Assembly: GCF_000315625.1 (NCBI RefSeq)
Contig: NW_005434546.1
Location: forward strand, 103,981-167,980
Origin: Guillardia theta CCMP2712
Lineage: Eukaryota; Protista; Cryptophyta
Reading direction: 5' to 3'
Length of the DNA: 64,000 nt
The translations under genes and the position numbers were made by a program. Below are positions 38,880 to 51,078 of this stretch, one piece after another; position 1 is the stretch's first letter; every line of letters starts with the position of its first letter. The notes below the pieces were generated by a model that saw only the letters and a list, made by a program, of their open reading frames with translations, was not told the DNA's origin and did no database searches.

Positions 38880-40089
38880 AGATCGCGCGGACTAAGTGAA
38901 GGAACCAATCCTCCAAGAGCAGCGACAGTGACGGGAAGTGACGCGAGCTGAACTGAACGCGCAGCCGTGATGGCAATACAGCTGTTGATGGCGTTTCTTT
39001 CAGCTGAAGTCAGTAACCGAGAGCTGATGCGTGCAGCAACACCTCATGGGCCAAGCGACACTGGAAGGTGCCAGGAATGCGAACAGGACCCCAGCAGTGC
39101 TCAAGAGGAGAGGGATCTGGTTCGATACACTAGTCTTTTGGCCATCCTCATTGTCTTTCGCCTGAACTCCCAGCCAGGACAGAAAGTTCCGTACCTCCAC
39201 TTGAAAGAAAAGGGTGCAAACTGCAAAATTACCAGCTCCAGACTGCAAGTGAACTGTAAGAAACAACGCTGCACCAGGCAAGATGACAAACCAGCACAGG
39301 CAAAACATTCAGTGATCTTTTCAGGCTCTGTAACACCTCGCTAGAGAGGAGCGAACTGCTCGTATCCATGTTGGATAATGTTGAACCAAACAAGAAGAAG
39401 GACGAAAACAAGGAGAAGGCTAGGAATGCAGGGAGAAAGAAGGCTATGCTGACACCACTGACATTATCAAGCTTTGCATAAGCTTGTTTGGCCACCTGTG
39501 CCAGTTTTAGATGAGAATTGCATTCGATGATCACCTCTCCATCATTGAAGGTCTTGGAGATGTTTGCTGTTCCAACGGATTGCAAGATCTCATCGTTGAG
39601 TAACTTGAGTCTGCTGCCCAAAGATGATGGAAGATCAACTGATCGCAGAGCCGCAAGATCGACTATGCTAATGGCCATGCAGTAGAGATACACCCTCTTC
39701 AAAATCAGGAACAGGATGATGAGCGTTCTTCTTTCATCTTGTTCGGTTGCTGCTTGCGCCATTGTGATGAGGTAGGGAAACACGTTGGACAAGAGTGGGA
39801 GTACAACGAAGACGCTCGTGTACTTGCTCAGGAGATTGGGTTGCAACGATCTCGCTTCTGACTGCTGCTGCATGCGGACCCTGCTCGTCACGGATTTTGC
39901 GTGCTTGGAGAGGGAAGGTTGGTGTGATGGGGAGGAATGGAAAGAGGTGAGGAAGGGATGGTAGCAGAAAGCGGAAGGAGATGAGCGCGAAGGATAGCAT
40001 TGAAGGGAAGATGTAGAAGGAGAAGAGAAGCAGCAGGGCGATGAGATGTGTCGCATGGACGCATGGAAAGACGCGGCCAGTGCTAGCAT
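38880..40089 (-). CDS. Hypothetical multi-pass membrane protein, possibly plastid-targeted
   Basis: ORF 40089-39229 has a Ser/Pro-rich leader followed by several hydrophobic helices. Further exons are likely down to ~38880. Confidence 0.55.
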
Positions 40090-40292
40090 ATTGGTTTATA
40101 AGGGGATTCGTCGGGCAAGAACTGAATTAGGTAATAGATATTTCAGCCCGCTGGGGCCCACGAGGCAGGCCTGATCCAAAATACGTTTCCGGGTTCAAAA
40201 TTTTCAATATATTCAAAATTATACCCTTGATAATTTGAATATCAACTTTCAGAAATTTCAATTTATTATCAATATTTGTTTTGCCGACAAAG

Positions 40293-42866
40293 ATGCAGGT
40301 GGATCATGATAATGCAGCTGAGAGACGCGATCAGGCAGCTGATCATTCTCAAGGTCCTATGAGTATGCAGGTTGAACCAGCCGCAGCCATTCAGATTCAA
40401 GCAAATGACTCTGAAGCACAAGGAGGGAGAAGGAATGCAAGGCGTTCAGATGCAGAGAGACGTCCACGACAGGATAGATCAGCAGAGAGCTTCAGTGACA
40501 ATTCAAGAGCAATGTACGTTTCCAGCATGAGCGCTTTCATGCGATTCATCTATCAACACAAACCCAACCTGCTCACTCCTGAGTTCAAGGCCATGATAGA
40601 AAGGCAACTGGAACCTGCCTCCGACGATTGCCCACCCTTGCCAACGAAGAAAGGAACACGAGCTGCATTATTGGAGATCTGGTTAGAAAGCACAGGCAAT
40701 TTTGTGATCACTGCATTGCTCATTAGAAGCTGACGAGAAGTCAATTTGGCAGGCACTGCACCAAGGATTCATCCCATCAAGTTTGACGAATTCACGTCTG
40801 AGGACTTTTTGATGTGGATTAAGCACCTACAGGAGACAACAGAAAATGGACTTGCATCGTATTCCAATCATCGTACCGCTCTGTCCTGCCTCTTCAAAGC
40901 TTTTGAACAACCAATTCCATCACAGATGAAGATCGACTTGCACGATTTCTTCAGCCGACTGAAGGAGATCTGCAATACCTCCAACGCAAGTGATGCACCC
41001 AAAACCATAGGAGGCAAAAAGCCAGTCAGCATGACGACTTACCGTCTCTTGGCTAGGAACATGCTGTTTTCTCAGAAAAGAATGTACGTCTTCGCAAGGA
41101 CGTACATGATATTTTGTTGGAATCTAATGTGCAAGGCAGGAAGTGCTGAAAGCATTCAATTCGATCACATGTGCTGGGACGAAGATCATCTTCAAATCTT
41201 CTTTTCACATTCCAAAACGGGCCAGACAACTGGGGGCCGTCCAGGGGATCCCAGGAGGGTTTATGCCAACCCTACCTGCCCTGAGATCTGCCCCATCTTG
41301 GCATTGGGGATTTACTTGTTGTGCTACCTACCAGATAGAACAATCCTGTTTCCAGGTCGATCGCAGAGCAAACGATTCTTGCAAATCTTTTCAAAAATCT
41401 TGTCACCCCCGGAGGACCGGCAGAGGGCCCGGAGTATCGGCAATGTGGAAAATGAAGAGCCTGATGAGGATCGATTTCAGATGGCTGTTCGTGCTCACAT
41501 GAAATCGTTGGGGCTGCGTGCCGAGGACTTTGGCAGCGCCTCGTTCTCCAAAGGAGCGGCGGAATACTGCAGCGTGGGAAGTACCCACGGCCCTCCCAGT
41601 GCGGCAGTGTCAGGGAGACAGTCAGATGGAGCGATGTTGAAAAGCAATTCTCGCTGTGAAGCTGCAGGTGATTGTTATGTGGGCAGGACGGTCTGTGGGT
41701 TGCCTATTCACCAAACTGAGTTCGCTATTCTCCCACCACATTTCACTCAGCGAGATGAATTTCTCACGCAAATGATTGATTTGTGCTTTCCAACCTTACC
41801 AGCATCCATGAATCGCGTGGCGGAGTTTGTCTTGGCTTCAGTCCTGCATCATGTTGATTTTCTCAAAGCGAATCTTGAACCACAGCATATTCTATGGCAA
41901 TCTACCTTGTTTCGTGAACAAGAATGTCTTGTCGCATTGAAGTCCAAGGTTGTGTGCTGTATGCCCAAGGAAGCGAGAGGCAGAATGGAATCTACAGGAA
42001 TCCCTCCTCATGTACAACAATACATACAGAGTGACGAGCTTTTGTCATCTCTTTCCAAGATACAGCAGGACATGGTTGAAATGAACCAATACATGAACAG
42101 ATTTAGGCAACAGGTTCCCTCAGCAGTGCAAGGGGGCGAAGGAGCTACTACTGGATTCAGGGTGACCGAGAGTGACAAGGAAAGCTTGAAAGAATGCCTA
42201 CGGCAAACCTTGCGCGAGGTCATTCAGGAAGTACTGCTAGAGGAAACCGGCGGGCGCAGCAATCAAACTCCTTATCATCAACCCTCTCACCCACCGCGAG
42301 GCAGCCCTGCGTCAGGCGCCGGACTTGTGAGAAACGTGTCAAACATCACAGAAGAACAGGCATCAAGATTGCAACACCAGAATGAGGCGGGGGCCGGGGC
42401 GGGTCCACAGCAAAGCGACATTATGCTGACCGAGGAGTTTGGAACCGCTATGGTGGTATGGAACATGTGGTTTTGTGGGAACGCGAGCAAACGGATCCCA
42501 CCGCTCCGGCTTGTATCTGCGAGTTCGTTGAATGGCAAAAACAACAAAAAAAGATTCTCAGACATCAAATTCCTTGTTGAGAGCTTTGAAAAGCACGCGA
42601 GGGATGTGATCTCCCGTGATCAAACGGGGTCGCGTGAGCAGCGGATGCAGCAACTACAGAGGCTGAAGACACTACCCGCAGGGCCAGCTCTACTGGAAGA
42701 ATGTCAGGAAGTGTTCTTGAGATACGAAAGCTCGTTCTTCGCCTGGTTGAAGATAGATGGGTCCATTCGCTCTCGACTGGGTGGCCAACAGCTAAGATGG
42801 ACCACATTGGTGAAGAAGATCAGAGGGGTACTGACTGGTGAACGTGGACCAAACTCTGCTTCATGA
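40293..42866 (+). CDS. Crypton-type tyrosine-recombinase-derived protein (~838 aa), apparently catalytically inactive, with C-terminal GCR1_C-like region
   Basis: Motifs YSNHRTALSCLF, GKKPVSMTTYRLLA, CWNLMCK, FSHSKTGQ...DPRRVYANPTCPEICPILALGIY, EAAGDCYVGRTVCGLP...FAILPPHF and WNMWFCGNASKRIPPLR follow Crypton (CryptonS-like) tyrosine recombinase proteins. Two same-frame ORFs are joined by a predicted 57-bp GC-AG intron at 40696-40752. Confidence 0.85.
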
Positions 42867-43069
42867 TCAACTTACATGAAAATCAACTTACATGACTCAA
42901 ACTTCCGAAGTTCAACGTAACTTGATCTAGCTTTAAAGGTCAATGTAGATGAATATCTAGAGCCAACAGTGACTGATCTGTGAGTAACTTGTTTGCAAAT
43001 ACATCTACTCCTCTCATTCGCCTCCACTACCAATACTCAGCGGCAGTTTGAGGTACAGCAATCGGCAAC

Positions 43070-45685
43070 ATGAAGGTTGGTTCTCACTGTCTCAGTTCTC
43101 TTCTCGCCGTATGGCCTGTGCAACAGTGTCAGGGTCAAGCCTCCTCGAACTGATATTTTCAGTCACTGAACTAACTTCCGAGGCTGGTGAGTAAAGAGAC
43201 TGCAGTCGGAGCCGGCCAGGTTTAGTTCAGAGGCGTTTTAGCTAGTTTGCTGGCGACCCTTGACCACAAAGTTAACGAATCTACAGCACACCATGCTCAA
43301 GGCCAAGAAGCATACGATCGGTAGGAGGAGGAGGAGGAGGAGGAGGAGGAGGAGGAGGAGGAGGAGGAGGAGGAGGAGGAGGAGGAGGAGCAAATCATAG
43401 TGGAGGTGATCAAAAGAGGAAACGAGGGAGACTGGAGAGATGCAGTGGTGGAAAGAACTATAAGATGTAAGGAAAGTGGACAGATAAAGGAGAGTGAGAG
43501 GATATGAGATACGTGAGGATGCAGAGAGAAGGAGAGAAGAAGGAAGACATGTAGACATTTAGCGAGGTGTGCTTTCATCGCTATCTGACAATCTCTGCAG
43601 CGGACTCTAATGTTGAGGATATCGGCAGCTCGATTGACAAGGCTCAACGCATGATGGTGAGCAAAGTGAGGAGGAGGCTTCAGGCGAGTGACGCTGGACT
43701 GTCAGGCTGCCAAGACGGAGAAGGAGTGGGAGAATGTGAGTGAGTCTTGTCTGCTATCAGCTCATCCCCGTCTCCAGGCTGGCAGCAAACCTGGCCTTGA
43801 GATCTGGAGGGTCGAGAACAGGTGAAGGAGGAAGCAAGGGACATGAGGGAAGGAAGAGGGAGAGAGGGGGAGAGGGAGAGGGAGAAGATCTCAAAATAAT
43901 GATGGAGGACGTGGACAGTCGAACAGAAAACGACAACCCTGACTTCGGAATCAAGAGAGTGCCTGCAGAAGATTACAGGTAGTTCGCTCCCATATCATTC
44001 TTTCCTGTCTCTCCTATGGGTCCGATCGATGAACTTTCTGTATGTGCATGTCTACAGTTTGCTGTTCTTGATTGTAGGACCTGATTGTTGCATGAGCTTT
44101 GCCTTTGTAGAGCTCTTCATGGTTGACTTCTACGTTACTCCTCCCTCCCTCCCTCCCTGTCCCTTCCCCTCCCTCCCTCCCTCCCTCCCTCCCTCCTTCT
44201 CCTTCGTTGTCTCACCCCAACTTCACCAGTCCTGCTTCTTCTCAATTCTTCTTCATCATCATTCTCTTCCATCCCTCCCTTTCTCCGTCTAATTCTTCCC
44301 TTCCCTCTTCCTATCCTTTTCCCTTTCTCCCTTTCTCCCCAAAGACTTGGCTGTCGATGACACGCTCCATGACATGTTGGGCACAGGAAGTTCTACAGAG
44401 GCGACTCATACATCTTGCTCTACACGTACACAGACTCCGAGAGTAATCAACTGTTCTGCTCTCCCTCCCTCCTCTCCCTCCTTTCTTGCTCTTCCACCTC
44501 GGTCCCCTTCCTCTTCCGCTCCCTCTTGCTGACTTCCTTCACATCCCTCCTGCTCCCCTAAATCCCTTCCTACCTACCTCGCTCCTCACGCGCTCTCAGC
44601 GGACTCTCTTCGCTGGAACGTGCACTATTGGATTGGATCGGAGAGCACGGCAGACGAGTACGGGGTCTGTTTCTCTCCTCCTCCTCTCCCCTTTCCTGAC
44701 TGCAGGTCCAGGTAGCCGCGTACAAGACTGTCGAGCTAGACGACCTGCTGGGCGGAGCTCCAGTGCAGTATCGGGAGATGGAAGGCTACGAGTCTGATCT
44801 TTTCCTGTTAGACCTCTGTCCCTGCCTCTGCCTTGCCCCTCCTCCTCCTCTGCTCCTGCTCACCCTCCTACTACTCTAACTCCTCCTACTCCCCTCACTC
44901 CTTCACTTACTCCCCGTCCTGTCATCCCGCTTCTCTCTGCATCTCTTATCCTCTCTCTCCTCTTACCTTGGAGCAGGAGCTACTTTGGCTCCGGTGGTGT
45001 CTGCCCTGGTAGCATTCAGATCCTTGAGGGCGGGCATGCCAGCGGCTTTCGCAAGGTGGAGCAGCAGGAATTCAGCCCGCGGCTGTTCTGGGTGAGGAGG
45101 GAAGCTGGAGTCATGCTGTGCTCGGAGGTGGCGATGGGGCTGGACAGTTTAAACCGCGGGGACTGCTTCCTCCTCGACAGCGGGAGCAAGGTGTTCATCT
45201 ACCGCGGCGACGAGTCGGATCCCTTTGAGAAGAACAAGGCGGCGACTGTAGCCAAGGAGATGGAGGGCGAGAGGAACGGGCGCTGCAAGTGTGTAGATGC
45301 GGAGGATGAGCCCGAGTTCTGGCAGATGCTGGGAGGTGAGATCGGCTGCTCAGTCAAGGGGCCCGTGGAGCACGCGAAGCGAGACACGGAGAGCTGCCGG
45401 GTGGTGGAGCTGTACAGCATGGAGGACGATTCACTAGAGTTCGTCAAGGTCGCTGATGGCCTCCTCCGCCCAGATCAGCTCGCCGACGATGACGTCATGC
45501 TGGTAAACTGCGGAACTAAGATCTTCGTGTCCGTCGGCTCCGCAGCTCCGCAGCAGGAGAAGGCATGCTGCATGCTCAAAGCGCAGGCTTTCATCGCCAG
45601 CAAGGGGCTGCCTCCCTTCACCCCAATCATGCGCGTCCTCAAGGGACAAGATGTGCGCTGCAAGTACAACCCTCTTTCTGCTTGA
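43070..45685 (+). CDS. Gelsolin/severin/fragmin-like actin-severing protein (about three gelsolin repeats)
   Basis: Exons give [63 protein letters not shown] and [19 protein letters not shown]. The ends are approximate. Confidence 0.9.
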
Positions 45686-46351
45686 CCCTCATCCTCCTCA
45701 TCCCTTCTTGCCCCTTTCTCCTTCCATTCTTTCTTCTTCCCCTCGCCAACAACCTTCTGCATCACCTTGACTCTGATCCAGGCAGTGGGACGCGTGCTTT
45801 GCCTCAGCAGCCTGAAGGATCGAGGATGTGCTTCAATACACAGGAGAGAACGAGCACGAGCGGGAGGGAGGAAGGAAGAGCACTCACGACTTCAACGTAA
45901 CTCGATGTTTTCAAATCCCGAATCAAGAAGTTCGACTAAACCTATTTACTTTGACGGTTTCCCTATCCTGCTCTTCCTCCTGCTCCTACTCCTACTCCTG
46001 CCTCCCTCCCTCTGCTTCTCTCTGCTCCCCTCCATTCTCGACTGCTCCTGTTCCTCGTCCTAGACCTGACCCTCTAGCCGCATCCTCCCTGCCGCACTTG
46101 TTGCTGGTTCTGACTTCTTCGACACCATCGGCGCTTCCTCTCCACCAGCGAGGCCGCAGCAGGACGCCATGCTGAACGCTGTCAAGGTCAGTTCGAAAGA
46201 AACTCGACTACTCATTCCACTTCCAGATTCTCCAGCTCCAACCGAGATGATCTCTTAAGTTTCATCTTAAGCTCTCAGTGCTGTCCTCCATCCCGTCCAT
46301 CCGCGTTACTTCAGTCAAGAAATCAATCACAATCGGGTCACCCATCAAGTC

Positions 46352-48742
46352 CTAAACGTTCCGGTCGGCGGAGGAAAGAGCCTCTGACGTCGCTTTGACG
46401 TCCACTTGACTGTCGTCTCCCTCCACCGCCACCACGCAGTTCTCTTTAAGAAAAGAATACCATTCCTCCGTCTCGTCTCCTTCCTCTTCTCCCTTCACCT
46501 GCTTCTCTGCATCAGCTCTGCCCGTCTACCTCACTTCTGACCTTGAACGCAAGCTGATCTCGCAGGAAGTCCAGCGGGATCGAGGGTTTGTAGGAGCGGA
46601 GGATCACGCGCAGAGCTCTGCTCCTCATCCTGTCGCGCAATATGCACACGATGCACTTTCCATGGTTTGGCGTCTTGGCGAACCTGCGAGTTCGGACGTG
46701 AGAAGAGGACAAGGCGTGGGTGCAAGACGGTTTAACTCACAGGCGGAAGAAGGAGACGTAATCCGAGAGCTCTAGAGCTCGGTGCAAGCTGAGCGCGTGA
46801 GAGACGTAAGGATGTGTCTGTGAGACTTGTGGTGACAAGGTGGACCTCCTCAAGCATCGGGTACCTTGAGCTCCATCGGCATGTTTCGAATGTCCTTCAC
46901 CATGTCCACTGTGTTGTTCTGCATCATCCAGTAGAAGAGCCTGTACGCCATAAACTCCGCCTTCTCTGTGTCAAAACTTCTCTTATGCACTCAAGCCTGT
47001 TCACCTCATTCTCCTTTGCTCGCGTGTCCGCGTACAGCCCCATCAAGTAACTCTGGATCTTATAAAACTCACCGAAGTCGTGCTCCAGCATCGCCAGCCG
47101 CCCGTTGGACTCGTATACCAGCACCGAGTTTGCGTTCCTGATGTGTTGGATGACCATATCTTGCCTGATCGCCTTGAACTGGTCCGAAATCCACTCCCAG
47201 TCAGCCTCGTCCGTGTCGTACTTCACCTTGAGCCTTTCAGCCCATTTCACGAGAACGCGTTCAGGGCGAACAGTAGAGGGGTCAGGCATCGACTGCAGTC
47301 GGATGTACTGCTTCTCCATCTCCATGCAAGTGCCCACGATTGCCTCTGATGACATGAACTTGATATCGTCGTCAGTTCCATGCGCACCTCCCCCCGTCGG
47401 GACGTATCCTCTCTCCATGTCGATGAAGCGTCGATGCCGCTTCTCTCTTGCCTCCTTCTCAGCTTCATTCTCGATGTCTGCCATGACACCTCCTCGCTTC
47501 TTCTTCTTGGATTTCTGTGCATGGCTTTCAGACTTCTTCTCTTGACTCTCTTTCGTCTTTCCGCTCGCGTTTGCCACGCGGGGAATCGGCTGAGCATCCC
47601 AGTCAGTCACCCACAACCTGTTGTTCTTCTCCGCATTTTGAACGATCGACTTGAGCGCACCAGCCATGCACGTTCTCTCGTACTCATTCTCACATGCCGA
47701 AAAGCATTTCTGCACAAACGACTGGCGAAAGGCAGAAATCAGCAACAGCATGCAATGTCTAGTCTACCGTGTACCTGGAGTTTCGGTGGCCATTGGTTTG
47801 CAGCAGGAGCATGTTGAACGTTTGCTGGTTCTGCGGCTACTGCTGGTTTCGCAGGAGATTTAATTTGAGACTGCTGCTCCGCTTGCTTTGCCTCTAGCTT
47901 GCTGGCAACTGAAGCGGCTGCATCGTGAAGGGAAGGGAAATTCATGTCATAGTTGTCTGACTTGTCCCCATAATCTCTGCCATCGCTCCATTTGAACTGT
48001 TCTTGCGGGTTGACGGGCTTCGCCTTCGGTTTCGGGGCGGACCAGCTGAAGGCTTTTGCTGCGTTAGCGTTGATGGTCATGGCTGGTACCGCAGCCTTCT
48101 GAGCTGCTTGTGCAGCAGGTGCTGCTGCTGCCTGTTGGGCGTAGGGCCACTGGTTGTAAGCACCGGGATGATAGTATCCCTGCTGGGGAGCTGTATACGC
48201 CGCCTGCTTTGCTCAAGTAAGAAGAATGGACGGGTACTAGTAGAATGGATGGTAGCATACAGGGTACTGATAGCCGTAAGCGTATTGGTTCTGCTGATAG
48301 TAAGCTTGTGCGGAAGCCGCAGGAGGATCCCAGCTAGTTTTCTGTAGAGCATGGTTGACCCAGTAGACTCTGTTAGTCTTGGGATCAGTCGCAGGTTCCC
48401 AAGTGCCATATCCACTGGGATCTGGGACAGCAGCAGGTAGTGCCTGGAGGGTGACGGTGAGCTCCCAGACAAGGGACAAGTGCACGATCACCTGCTGCTG
48501 CCCGGAAACCTGGGGGGTTGCAGCTTGCTGTACCGGTTGGTTGCTAGCATACTGCACCATCCGTGAATATGCATCGACTTGTTCGCAATCAAGTGTGCAA
48601 GACAAGTCTCACAGTCTGGTTGTACGCGGTGGTTTGGTTGGCATTGGCATTCCAACTTGCCTGCTGCTGGAAGTTTTGCTGTGATCGAGGAAATCAGAAC
48701 ATACGTCGAAGGATGGAGGAGGAGGAGGAGGAGGACCTGCAT
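46352..48742 (-). CDS. SAC3/GANP/THP3 family protein (LENG8/Thp3-like) with N-terminal WW domain
   Basis: WW domain: WEPATDPKTNRVYWVNHALQKTSWDPP. SAC3/GANP domain: IVGTCMEMEKQYIRLQSMPDPSTVRPE...DQFKAIRQDMVIQHIRN...VYESNGRLAMLEHDFGEF. Stop is TAG 46354-46352. Confidence 0.9.
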
Positions 48743-50589
48743 GGAGCTTGCTTGATTTTCGCCACCCCTGCGCAGAGCGGCAAAGAGCAAATCAAATCAA
48801 AGCGAGTGTGATGACAAATGGAGCAACTTACGATGATTGTGAATTTGCTGGCCATTGAAATGTCGCAGCTTCTCCTTGATTGTAAGCATCATATGGGTTA
48901 TACGCCTACACCATAATCAACATGTCACAAACTCGCTTTCATATTTGCTGTGCAAGGCATTCAGGATTTATAGATCAATCTTACCTGCTGAGTCCCTCCA
49001 TACACGTAAGTGGACTGATATGCATTGTTCCCGCTAAACAAAGAGTGAGTACAAGGGAGTTGGCAAGCGCTGGAGTACAACGACATTGCGGGGTTGGTCT
49101 GTTCCATGGCTTGACGAGCTTCAATGATCTCCTATCTCTGGTGTTCTCCTCACCTTGAGCCCAGGTTCTGCTTGAAAGGCTCAATGGGTACGTTCAGTCG
49201 AGTGAGTGCTGGTACCTACTTGAGAGGCAACGAGCTTGGCCCTAGGCGTATGATATACCTGTTCTCTCAATGCTGGCAAGCGCGTGCATCCCCTCCATCC
49301 CTGCTTGCACCCCAAGTTCCCATCTGAGTTTCCCTGCTCCCTCCTTCCTGTCTACGATCTACCTGACTCTATCACTCTCTCACACTCAGTTTCTTGCTCT
49401 CTTCCAGCATCATCTTTGCTCTCCTCACTTCCTCTCTCCTCGTCGCTCTCGATGCATCACGTCTGCATGTGGCGTTGCCGCTCTCATCCTCCATCCACCC
49501 CTGTGGGCTACCTAGGCTGGCTTCGTGACCCCTACCTACTGTAATGTAAATACCCCATAAAAACCCATATCATGGAGGGGTACTCAGAACCCATCGATGC
49601 AACCCCACCCATACATAAATGTATGACCCACCCATGAAAGATCCAGCCTGCCCAGCCTGAAGATCTATGAGGTCCGGCCCGGCCGGGCCGCCGACGGCCC
49701 GGGCCGGGGCAATCCGAGGCTCAGCGGCTTCAAGTTGCCTCAGGCTGGGGCCCGTGCTCCCACACCTCAGTTAGCTTCCTAATCAGCAATCAACTCAGCA
49801 GCTGCCTCAACGTTCCCCCTTCTATTCCGACGATGCCTTTCTTTCCTCCAAGCCCGTCGCTCCGCGGCAGAGAGCCTTGGCGAGCACGAACAGGCAATCG
49901 CAGGTCGTCGTAGAGCTCGAAGCCAGTGCCCCTAGGCGCGGGTCCGAGAGGAGGAGGGAATCGGATCCGGAAGAGGGGGGGGGGGAACAGGACCAAGTGT
50001 CAGTCAACGCCGGGCCCGTTGCTACCTGACCTAGATGATTTCTCTGACAGCCGGGCGTATATTTGATCTCTTTCCCGAAGTCTCTTTAACCTTTGATCTG
50101 CTCCCTGAAGCATTCAATGTTCTTAATCGTTGGGTCTCAACTTCATCTGCTATCTGTTGTACCGGAGCTACTTGCGCTGTCAGTCTGTCTCGCTCCTCCG
50201 TGAACTCTCTGTGAGCTTCTCAGTTGATGATAAGATCAGATCAAATCCTGACTTCCTCTCCACCTGTCCCTCGAGAAGGTCGTTGTTTTCTATCGCAAAT
50301 TTCAGCTATTCCTTTCTAGCACAGAGGTCAGAACAAAACCCCTCACTCTCTGATGCTACATGTTCTCGCTCTCCTTGTGAAGCGTTTCCATGTCTTTCCC
50401 GTAAGTTTCCTGGAAAATCTCAAAATGAATGAAACAGAACAAGAAATGTTTGAGATTAGGATGACGAAGTTGACGATGAGAAGATCAATGATGGAGATGG
50501 TGATGATGAGAAGGTTGTTGTTGATGATGATGATGATGATGATGATGATGAGATGACGACGACGATGATGATGACGATGATGAAAGTAC

Positions 50590-50930
50590 TGAGCCAGCCA
50601 AAGTTCTCCTGTGCTGCGATGTACGACGACATGGCCGGAGAAGTGAAGGAGTGCGAAGGTAGGAGGCAGGCTCTTGATTGCGTTGAAGCATTCCTCGATG
50701 AACGTCTCCAGTTGACGCTGTGACCATCCTGCCATCCAATTGCAAGACAACGAGGGACCTGTCTCAAAGCTCCCAGCAACCTGAGTGTCCTCCTGTATAG
50801 GGAGACTGTTATGCTTCTATATCCCGATGCAGAGCGCCACGGCCTTCGGGATCTCGAGGCCCGGACTATCATCCTTGAGCTCGTTGTTCTCGATGCGCAG
50901 CTTGTCCAGCTGATGGACCTGCTGCTCGTA
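50590..50930 (-). pseudogene. Caspase/metacaspase-like (peptidase C14 p20) fragment with in-frame stop
   Basis: One frame reads PKAVALCIGI*KHNSLP...LETFIEECFNAIK...ALLHFSGHVV...GELWL, with TAG at 50819-50817. It ends in an (ATC)n microsatellite and no catalytic Cys segment is seen. Confidence 0.6.
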
Positions 50931-51078
50931 CAGGTTGGAGGCGCAGACCATCATCTTCCACAACCCCGTGTCAGAATGCCTCCATCATCCACAATATCCC
51001 GTCATCGATATCATCTTCGCGTGGCCGGCCGCATCTTGTTCTCGGGCTTATCTGGCAGATCGTCAAGATTCTCAAAAG

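Noticed and set aside
37660-38880. Short ORFs that could be a retroelement relic or a small gene
   Set aside because: No RT, integrase, gag or other recognisable motif was found, so no call can be supported.
40293-42866. Active Crypton or DIRS transposon
   Set aside because: The catalytic residues appear substituted, there is no RT/RNase H ORF, and host genes lie within ~200 bp on both sides.
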